This document shows positions 57,601 to 64,000 of a stretch of 64,000 bases of DNA, in pieces. The number at the start of each line of letters is the position of its first letter. Within the stretch, counting starts at the first letter, position 1. The stretch spans positions 22,535-86,534 of the forward strand of contig JBMYTV010000004.1 of the NCBI GenBank assembly GCA_049604715.1, in the 5' to 3' direction. Source of the DNA: Patescibacteria group bacterium (GTDB lineage: Bacteria; Patescibacteriota; Patescibacteriia; S139-126; S139-133). The translations under genes were made by a program, and so were the position numbers. The notes beneath the pieces are model-generated. The model was not told the origin of the DNA, ran no database searches, and saw only the letters and a program-made list of their open reading frames with translations.

Positions 57601-58161
57601 TTATCAAACGATGATGGCTCTACCTGGCAGTACTGGAACGGTGGTGCATGGGCTACGGCTGGTGCGTCAAATTACAATACCGCAAGTACGGTAAATACTA
57701 ACATTAGTGGCTTCGCTACATCTAGTGGAGACCTACTTTTCAGAGCATTTTTAGAAAGTGATGGTACACAGCTTGTGCAACTAGATAACATCTCAGTGAC
57801 ATGGGGTGAGGGCTTGGGTGGTGGAAGTGGATATGAAACTAGCGGGTATCTTGTTTCATCGGCATTTAATATGAGTAATGCATCACCAGTGCAATTTATT
57901 TCCTGGTCAGAAGATGTGTCATGTAGTCCAAGCTGTGATATCCAACTACAGTTAAGGACTGCGCCTGATAGTGGTGGTTCCCCTGGTACCTGGACGAGCT
58001 GGACGGGTGCTGATGGTGTTGGTACGTATTTTGCAACATCAACTACGACTATGGTGCCTACATCGCTGAATGATAACCAATGGGTCCAGTATCGTGCTGA
58101 ACTATCTGGCGATGGGTCTGTTACGCCAATTCTATATGACGTAACCGTAAATTATAAATAA
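54658..58161 (+). CDS. Giant pilin-like adhesin (1167 aa) with duplicated scaffold domains
   Basis: YG|VSLFEAVIAM prepilin motif, K.VTVTVTW, S/G/T/W-rich body, internal repeats. Confidence 0.85.
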   Translation: MISFSDIQKNKYGVSLFEAVIAMALFALVAASLVSLGLGGFQGLQYAGNYAQAEGIATEGFEVLRALRHEAMNQFTYTTSSVSFSASDWDFDGEGTTEVIGPYTRIIAIEDVCRDGSDDITTCPGTYTDETSKFVTVTVTWNSFFGKSQTVVRQALITNWDSNDWTQTDWSGGSGQAIWSSSDEYDSDDTNVDVSTAGEVSLVNNGVGCGDYSWRFDSSGDYSFDNDFIEVTGSNAQLVSSSGGGNSDSYPYTSDSEGWVYADWDEGGGEVNVTGTHNASGGNPSGWLDINVPSGKNDEVGGYWYDALVTTSTASSATLSFDYTVTQYDTTPETFQIYAFIDAGSGEPTIGQEVWSSGELTTTASWTGSGSIDVSSDITAAGTYYIKLAVWVETPGGPGTGPFEIGFDNTDISWIGAASYPTSNPSVNPVSGYIPSGVDTWTGFTETASKDSGEIYYQLSNDSGSTWEYWSGSAWVTAGASNYNTASTINTNISSFATSSGSILFRAFLESDGTQFVQLDEVSISCEQSYAWPFTTPSNYTYDPGDIEVTGGVAQLIASGGGGEVFRVQEYYIGSGQFTGNTYTLQLNQDLVSNYFTLVQGSDGNGTNGSNRGPDENYAMIVSDPFGTGDLSTSGVSNEIVLQRGNSVDDWIGVVTVIECISNCTTDGFQLHDIQRVTHGTGNATGSDTSGTAWSDINQVMLFGGFNGPGCLTAENSNGEHDVCHVRIYPSGSDTIEWARNFTANSSESAVQVLEWGSNWTVQRETVTGTNGGNGVNATGEYNTASITSVARDNTWVWGVGYTSDDGIGDSSEGVVITLGDGVNQNASETSVAVGMEYTDSKFFEVYALTHDSLAVDYRFKTDGDSGNLTVDVTVDTAASSTARMALSYNTQNGTGGAFPRPMMSARYTADTTVRLERRRSGQNFAAWVQGIDFSGFNSYASYPTDLPTVQPASSYTQGAVDTWNSFTEISTKNGGEIYYQLSNDDGSTWQYWNGGAWATAGASNYNTASTVNTNISGFATSSGDLLFRAFLESDGTQLVQLDNISVTWGEGLGGGSGYETSGYLVSSAFNMSNASPVQFISWSEDVSCSPSCDIQLQLRTAPDSGGSPGTWTSWTGADGVGTYFATSTTTMVPTSLNDNQWVQYRAELSGDGSVTPILYDVTVNYK
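55912..57798 (+). repeat. Intragenic 106-aa duplication (55912-56229 and 57481-57798)
   Basis: SYPT...GEIYYQLSND.GSTW.YW.G.AW.TAGASNYNTAST.NTNIS.FATSSG..LFRAFLESDGTQ.VQLD occurs twice. Confidence 0.95.
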
Positions 58162-58164
58162 CGC

Positions 58165-58683
58165 ATGAAGAGCAAAAGTAAAAATCAAGGATTTACACTT
58201 ATCGAGGTAATTATCTATGTCGCTATTGCGGGTATTATTGCGTCAACTTTGATTCAGTATTCAGTAACTATTTCACAATCCCGTAACAAGCAGTTTGTTA
58301 TGCGTGAGGTTGAGCATAATACGCGTGCAGTAATTGGTTTTCTTGAGCAATATATTCGTGAGTCAGATAGCATAGCGACCTCAACTTCAGTATTTGGTTC
58401 AGATCCTGCAACTTTGGTACTTAATAGAGCTGCTGTAGCAGAGCAGCCTACAACCATTACGCTTACTGAAGACAATGGCGTGGTAACTATATTACAAGGA
58501 AGTGGTACAACCACGGCTATTATGAGCGATACAGTGAGTGTGCCAGATTTTCGTATGGAATACGTTACAGCAGGCGATAGAGAAGGTGTGCGCATTTTTA
58601 TGACTGTAGCTGGCGCGAGAGCGTCTGATGTATATTTTGAGTATACATTGACTACAACATCAACAATTTTACTGAGACAATGA
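58165..58683 (+). CDS. Minor pilin (PilW/GspJ-like)
   Basis: QG|FTLIEVIIY. Confidence 0.88.
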   Translation: MKSKSKNQGFTLIEVIIYVAIAGIIASTLIQYSVTISQSRNKQFVMREVEHNTRAVIGFLEQYIRESDSIATSTSVFGSDPATLVLNRAAVAEQPTTITLTEDNGVVTILQGSGTTTAIMSDTVSVPDFRMEYVTAGDREGVRIFMTVAGARASDVYFEYTLTTTSTILLRQ

Positions 58684-59069
58684 GAAAAACACCTGACAAC
58701 CAAAATGGACTAGCTTTACTTGTAGTGGTTATTATTATTGCATTTACAGCATTAACATATTCACTTGGTACAAGCTTGCTTGGTATAGCAGCCCTTGAGC
58801 ATGGTGTTCGTAGTGATGCTGCGGCAGAGGTCCATGGATATACAGAAAGTTGCATTGAAGAAGGCCTAGGACGTCTTCGTACGGACAATTCATACAGTGG
58901 AGGTTCGTTGAGTATCGGCTCTGGTTCTTGTATACTAAGTGTAACGGGCGCTGGTTCCACGCGTACACTAGTCGCAACAGGAACAATTGATATTTTTTCT
59001 CGTGTTCTTGAGGTAGATGTAACACTTGGCGCTTCAACTATAACTGTTGATTCTTGGAACGTACAGTAA
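58680..59069 (+). CDS. Minor pilin (PilX/GspK-like)
   Basis: NG|LALLVVVII without Glu5; ESCIEEGL.RLR. Confidence 0.78.
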   Translation: MRKTPDNQNGLALLVVVIIIAFTALTYSLGTSLLGIAALEHGVRSDAAAEVHGYTESCIEEGLGRLRTDNSYSGGSLSIGSGSCILSVTGAGSTRTLVATGTIDIFSRVLEVDVTLGASTITVDSWNVQ

Positions 59070-59070
59070 T

Positions 59071-60339
59071 ATGCGTATGTCTATGAAATCATTATCAATA
59101 GGTTTAGACATCTCTGATGATACTATAGAGCTAGTAGCAGCACGTCGCAAGGGAAAGGACGTGTCTTTTGAGGTGGCGCTTCACAAAGCAGTGCCAAAGG
59201 GAAGTATAAAGCAAGGTCGTATAAAAAAACCTGAAATAGTAAAAAAGTTTTTACATGATGTTTTTAGTGAAGCTGAGCGCTTAGGCGAAATAAAAATAAA
59301 AGATATAAATCTTATTTTGCCAGATAGTGCAGTTTTTACTCATGTTTTTCGTTATGACCATGCGTATATAGAAAAAGAATCACTTGAAGAGGCAGTACCA
59401 AAAAGTATTCAGAAAATAGTACCACTACGTCCACAAGAGCTAAGGTACATGTATACTGTGCAGAAAGAGACAAAAGAGATGACCGATGTGCTTGTCATTG
59501 CAACTAGTAGCAAGGTACTTGATCAGTGGCAGTCAATGCTAGCATCACTGCATGTGAGTATAAAGTATTTAGACACAGTATCACTCGCGCATGCACGGGA
59601 GTTGTTTCCGAAAGTAACTGAGCCAACAGCTGTGATTGACTGTGGTGCAAGCTCTACGACATTGACTATACTCGATTCATCTGGACTGCGGTATAGCCAG
59701 CAAATATATATGGCTGGTAACGCAATAACTGATGGTATAGCAAGTGCGCTTGGGATGTCTGTTGATGAAGCTGAACAACTAAAAGTATCACAGGGTATGA
59801 CTAGTGGTGCAGATGACTATAAAACAGCTGTAGCTGATGTAGTACAAAAGATAGGCGCAGAACTTCAAAAAAATCTTATTCATTTTGAGCAGTTTTATAC
59901 AGAGGAGATAACATCAACACATGTGACAGGTGGAACAGCCTACCTAACAGGCTTTACAGAATACTTAGATAGTATTCTGAAGCGCTCTCTTAAGCTGGCA
60001 ACTCCGCGATTTTCTGTTGGTCATGTTGATTTGTTGTATGTAGCTGCTGCTGGCTCTGCGCGAAGAGGGCTAGAGTCTACATATGGATTATCATTGTCAT
60101 TTAAGCAGTTAGATGAAGTAGCAGAAAAGCAGCCAAAGAAAAAAAGAAAATCAACAAAACGCATGGATGACCAAGAAGGAAAGTCAGTTAAGAAGCAAAT
60201 CATTATTTTAGTAACTATACTAGTGCTTGGTGCATTGCTTATTGTTGCTGCATGGAGCGCTAAAAATAACGACGCTGTTTCTGAAAGCGATGCTGCTCGG
60301 CAACAATCACTTGATCAGCTTGAACAGTTACCTGAGTAA
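59071..60339 (+). CDS. pilM: PilM actin-like pilus protein with C-terminal TM extension
   Basis: IGLDISD, IDCGASST, AG..IT..IA..L......AE.LK, VTGG.A.L.G, AAG.A.RG; then basic linker and TM. Confidence 0.85.
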   Translation: MRMSMKSLSIGLDISDDTIELVAARRKGKDVSFEVALHKAVPKGSIKQGRIKKPEIVKKFLHDVFSEAERLGEIKIKDINLILPDSAVFTHVFRYDHAYIEKESLEEAVPKSIQKIVPLRPQELRYMYTVQKETKEMTDVLVIATSSKVLDQWQSMLASLHVSIKYLDTVSLAHARELFPKVTEPTAVIDCGASSTTLTILDSSGLRYSQQIYMAGNAITDGIASALGMSVDEAEQLKVSQGMTSGADDYKTAVADVVQKIGAELQKNLIHFEQFYTEEITSTHVTGGTAYLTGFTEYLDSILKRSLKLATPRFSVGHVDLLYVAAAGSARRGLESTYGLSLSFKQLDEVAEKQPKKKRKSTKRMDDQEGKSVKKQIIILVTILVLGALLIVAAWSAKNNDAVSESDAARQQSLDQLEQLPE

Positions 60340-60374
60340 AAAAGTATGATATAATATTCATATAGAAAAATCCC

Positions 60375-60881
60375 ATGTCTATACACACAAAAAAAGGTTT
60401 TACCCTCATAGAACTACTTTTGGTTATCGCTATTATTGCGATTTTAGCGGCAGTAGTTTTTGTTGCGCTCGATCCTTTGCGTCGTTTTCAAGATTCACGT
60501 GACTCTTCACGCTGGCAAGATGTTGCTGCGGTTGTCTCAGCCATCAAGGTGGATCAGGTTGATAACGGAGGGGAATACTTGAGTGACATTGATTCACTTA
60601 CATATGGCAGTGTTTATATGATTGTTGATGGTAGTACCTCGAGTGGATGTGATGATCAAAATGCTTTTTGTGACGAAAATGTCTCTGGTGATAGTTATTG
60701 TGTAGATTTGTCAGGGCTGGTTGATCAGGGGTACTTAAGTGATGTGCCTGTTAGTCCAGAAGGTGATGGTACATGGACGAGTGATATTAGTGGTTATACA
60801 TTAACTGCTTCGTCCACAGGGCAGATAACAGTCCGTGCGTGCGAATCAGAAAATAGTACAGATATTTATATAACAAGATAA
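60375..60881 (+). CDS. Type IV pilin
   Basis: KG|FTLIELLLVIAIIAILAA, SRD..R..D, YL..VP.SP. Confidence 0.92.
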   Translation: MSIHTKKGFTLIELLLVIAIIAILAAVVFVALDPLRRFQDSRDSSRWQDVAAVVSAIKVDQVDNGGEYLSDIDSLTYGSVYMIVDGSTSSGCDDQNAFCDENVSGDSYCVDLSGLVDQGYLSDVPVSPEGDGTWTSDISGYTLTASSTGQITVRACESENSTDIYITR

Positions 60882-60900
60882 TTAAAAAATATACGTGTAT

Positions 60901-61386
60901 ATGAAACACACTAAAGGTTTTACGCTCATTGAGCTTCTTATCATTATCGCGATCATCGCAATTTTGGCTGCTGTTGCATTTGTATCACTGGATCCTTTGA
61001 CTCGTTTTCGTGATTCGCGTGATGCAGCTCGCTGGTCAGATATTTCTGCTGTTTTGACTGCATCTAAAGTTGATCAGGTTGATAATGAAGGTAGTTATTT
61101 ATCAGCTATTGATAGTTTGACAACTAGCACTAACTACATGATCGGTACTGCAGGTAGTGGCTGTGATGCAACGCCGTGTGATGTGTCTATCAGTGGTAGT
61201 AACTGCGTTGATCTTACAGGTCTTGTAACTGAGGGGTATCTTGCGTCTGTACCTATTAGTCCGAATGGTAGTGGTAGTTGGGATGCTACACTAACTGGAT
61301 ATTATATGGTGAAATCAACTACAGGCGCATTGACAGTTGGAGCATGCGAGTCAGAAAATACTACATCTATTAGTATACAGCGTTAA
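60901..61386 (+). CDS. Type IV pilin, tandem paralog
   Basis: KG|FTLIELLIIIAIIAILAA; shares KVDQVDN, CVDL.GLV..GYL and ACESEN with the previous gene. Confidence 0.92.
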   Translation: MKHTKGFTLIELLIIIAIIAILAAVAFVSLDPLTRFRDSRDAARWSDISAVLTASKVDQVDNEGSYLSAIDSLTTSTNYMIGTAGSGCDATPCDVSISGSNCVDLTGLVTEGYLASVPISPNGSGSWDATLTGYYMVKSTTGALTVGACESENTTSISIQR

Positions 61387-61399
61387 TATTGTATGGAGG

Positions 61400-62677
61400 A
61401 TGACAGACAATCATACTGATTTACAAAAAAAGTACTTAGAAAGTGAGCAGCGGTTTCAGGGAGCATTTGAAACCGCTGCTATTGGTATGGCGCTAGTTGC
61501 GCCAGATGGTGCGTGGCTTGAGGTGAATAAGTCGCTTTGTGATATGGTTGGATATTCTAAGGACGAGCTTATGAACAAAACATTTCAAGATATCACGCAC
61601 CCAGATGATCTAGATGCAGATCTTGAGTATGTAAAGCAAATGCTAGATGATAAGATCCAAACATATCAGATGGAAAAGAGATATTTTCATAAAAGTGGGA
61701 GAATTGTTTGGATTCTTTTGAGCGTGTCTCTTGTACGTGATGAAAATAATAAACCCCTTTACTTTGTTTCGCAGATTTCTAACATTACAAAACGAAAATT
61801 GCTTGAGTATGAGATGGAGGTTAAGCTTGAAGAGTTTCAATTGTTGGTTGGAAATCTAACTGATGTTGTCTCGCGTCACGATTCTTTTGCAGTGTATACA
61901 TATGTTACCCCTTCGGTTAAAGCAGTGCTTGGATATAAGCCAAGTGAGCTTATAGGTAAATCAGCATACGATTTGTTTCATAAAGATGACATACCAAATG
62001 TACAAAAGTCACACGCTGCTGACCTGAAGGCTAATGAAGTCAATACGGTTGTGTACCGCATACGCCGTAAAGATGGTGAATATATATGGTTTGAATCAAC
62101 ACATCGTGCTGTCTATGATGATGAAGGTAAGATCCGAGAGATTATAGTAGTATCTCGTGATATAACTGAGCGTAAGAATCTGGAAGAGCGTCTTGAGTAT
62201 GCACTGCAGGGCGCACGTGATGGGTTGTGGGACTGGCTTATCCAAGACGATAAGGTGTTTTTTTCTCCTAGATGGAAGGAAATGCTTGGGTATAAGGACA
62301 AAGAAATCAATAACGTTTTTGCTGAGTGGGAAAAATTACTTCACCCAGATGATTTGGTAACTGCAAAAAAATATATTGATGATTTTTTCAAAAATAGTGA
62401 CAGCGATGATTACGAGCAGATATTTCGCATGCGAAGAAAAGATGGTGACTATGCAACAATTTTATCTCGTGGTCACTTGATACGGGATGTAAAGGGTAAG
62501 CCTTATCGTATGGTAGGTACCCATACAGATATTTCTGCCCAGAAGAAGCTAGAGTTCACTTTAAAAGCAAAGATCGACGAGTTAGAAAAAATTAACTCTG
62601 TTGCAGTTGAACGGGAGCTTAAAATGATCGAGCTCAAAAAAGAGATAGAGGTATTTAAAAAAACTCAGACTAGGTAG
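61400..62677 (+). CDS. Triple PAS/PAC sensor protein without an output domain
   Basis: Three PAS folds (ITHPDD, LFHKDD, LLHPDD; NIT/DIT/DIS ends); tail N...V.RELKMIELKKEI. Confidence 0.88.
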   Translation: MTDNHTDLQKKYLESEQRFQGAFETAAIGMALVAPDGAWLEVNKSLCDMVGYSKDELMNKTFQDITHPDDLDADLEYVKQMLDDKIQTYQMEKRYFHKSGRIVWILLSVSLVRDENNKPLYFVSQISNITKRKLLEYEMEVKLEEFQLLVGNLTDVVSRHDSFAVYTYVTPSVKAVLGYKPSELIGKSAYDLFHKDDIPNVQKSHAADLKANEVNTVVYRIRRKDGEYIWFESTHRAVYDDEGKIREIIVVSRDITERKNLEERLEYALQGARDGLWDWLIQDDKVFFSPRWKEMLGYKDKEINNVFAEWEKLLHPDDLVTAKKYIDDFFKNSDSDDYEQIFRMRRKDGDYATILSRGHLIRDVKGKPYRMVGTHTDISAQKKLEFTLKAKIDELEKINSVAVERELKMIELKKEIEVFKKTQTR

Positions 62678-62680
62678 TAT

Positions 62681-64000
62681 ATGCATATATCAAAAATGGG
62701 ATTACATACAAAAATAGTTATCCTGGGCATTGTGTCTGTCATTGGTATTTTTGTTATCCTTTCTTTTTTTGTTAATTACACATTTTCAAATGTTATTATT
62801 TCGCGGGAGCTAGATAATTATCAGCAAAGAGTATTGTTGACAAGGGACGTTTTTGAGCTCAGGCTGTCTCAAATCAGAAATGATATCAAGATTATCAGTG
62901 GCTTACCGCCGATTCAAGGGATTATCAGAGCCCAAGACAATGGCGGTGTAGATCCACTTGATGGTTCTAGTCTTACTTTGTGGCGAGGCCGATTAGAGCA
63001 AATATTTTACCAATATGCCACTGAGCACACGGATTATGTTCAGATGCGTATGATTGATGAGACAGGGAAAGAGTTAGTTCGTGTAGATCATAATGGTGTT
63101 ATACAAATAGTGCAAGGTAATGACTTACAGGACAAGTCTGATAGACATTACTTTATTGAGAGTATGGCGCGTGAGCCTAGCTCACATTATATTTCAGCAA
63201 TTGACCTGAATAAAGAGGGTTCGCCTCCGTTGATTGAGATACCGCACAAGCCAGTTATCAGGTATGGAATGCCAGTAAATGATGCTAAGGGACTTAAGAA
63301 TAGGGCTGTGGTGTTTATTAATGTGGCATTGGGTAATTTTTTGGAAAATGTTAAAAAAGATAATAACGAAACTTTATTCTTTATAATCGACCAGGATGGG
63401 TATTATATTTCTCATTCAGTGGCGACAAAAGAGTGGGGTAGTCCAAGAGATCTCAATACAGAAGAGAATGTTTATAATGATTACCCAGAATTGGCAAGAG
63501 ATTTGTTAACAGCAAATAGGCAGGTCATTGAGTCGGCGGATAACTATTTTATAAAGGCCAAGGTATCGCTTGATGGGGTGGATGATAAGCACTTTCATTT
63601 AGTAAAAGTGGTACCAAAAAGTGTGATCCAGTATCAGACAAATACCATAGTATATATTATTTTGTATGCCATTGGAATATTCTTATTGATGTTTCTTTTG
63701 ATGTTAACTTACCTGCTCAATACATTTACAAAACCACTGAAGCTTATAACAAATGCTGCTGTACAAATTGAAGAAGGGAATTTTGAAACACAACTACCCC
63801 ATAGCGGTGATAAAGACACCCATAAGCTGGTCGATGCATTTACACTTATGCAAAAAAGTTTGAAAAAGAAGCAGCAAGAGTTAGAGGATCAAATTGTACA
63901 TCAACAAGAGCGTATTGAAGTTGCAAAAGAAGAACTGAAAGAGCAATATCAAGAGTCAGAAAAGATGAACGAGCTTATGGTTAATCGTGAAATTAAGATG
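62681..64000 (+). CDS. Membrane sensor (TM-Cache-TM-HAMP-coiled coil), runs off the window end; missing from the ORF track
   Basis: ATG 62681 is in frame with the final codons; Y.QMRMIDE.G.E.VRVD, LQDKSDRHYF, PVIRY, HAMP KPL..I...A..I..G.F; ends NELMVNREIKM. Confidence 0.85.
   Translation, partial: MHISKMGLHTKIVILGIVSVIGIFVILSFFVNYTFSNVIISRELDNYQQRVLLTRDVFELRLSQIRNDIKIISGLPPIQGIIRAQDNGGVDPLDGSSLTLWRGRLEQIFYQYATEHTDYVQMRMIDETGKELVRVDHNGVIQIVQGNDLQDKSDRHYFIESMAREPSSHYISAIDLNKEGSPPLIEIPHKPVIRYGMPVNDAKGLKNRAVVFINVALGNFLENVKKDNNETLFFIIDQDGYYISHSVATKEWGSPRDLNTEENVYNDYPELARDLLTANRQVIESADNYFIKAKVSLDGVDDKHFHLVKVVPKSVIQYQTNTIVYIILYAIGIFLLMFLLMLTYLLNTFTKPLKLITNAAVQIEEGNFETQLPHSGDKDTHKLVDAFTLMQKSLKKKQQELEDQIVHQQERIEVAKEELKEQYQESEKMNELMVNREIKM

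Noticed and set aside
1-64000. CRISPR array, rRNA, IS transposase, reverse transcriptase
   Set aside because: No regularly spaced repeats or diagnostic motifs were seen

Overview
Bacterial chromosomal segment in the standard code (11), with dense, almost entirely + strand genes and AT-rich leaders mostly lacking a Shine-Dalgarno. The gene set strongly suggests Patescibacteria/CPR (inference). 1-22.4 kb is housekeeping: ileS with an inserted histidine-phosphatase domain, recO, tgt, a membrane-anchored Clp ATPase, asnS, a short aspS, scpAB, a D,D-peptidase and tpiA. 22.4-23.8 kb holds tRNA-Thr/Tyr/Thr, rpmG and tRNA-Trp. Two of these tRNAs are preceded by duplicated 5' fragments of themselves interrupted by palindromic hairpins, one of them bracketing a small GIY-YIG nuclease gene. 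A ~25.7 kb island (23809-49506) is inserted at the 3' end of tRNA-Trp. Its backbone is a large serine recombinase, large and small terminase, a ParB-methyltransferase and a LexA-like repressor, with no recognisable capsid, portal, tail or replicase. Its cargo is an RHH+ABC1 kinase pair, a 10.6 kb copper/thiol-redox cassette bounded by 20-bp direct repeats, a structured RNA ahead of a thermonuclease, a putative defence operon and a TspO/DUF1295 block. After the island come a nonsense-disrupted DGR-target-like gene, a type IV pilus locus with a giant nested-domain pilin, and two sensor proteins sharing a coiled-coil tail instead of an output domain. All calls come from motif recognition by eye; no searches were run.
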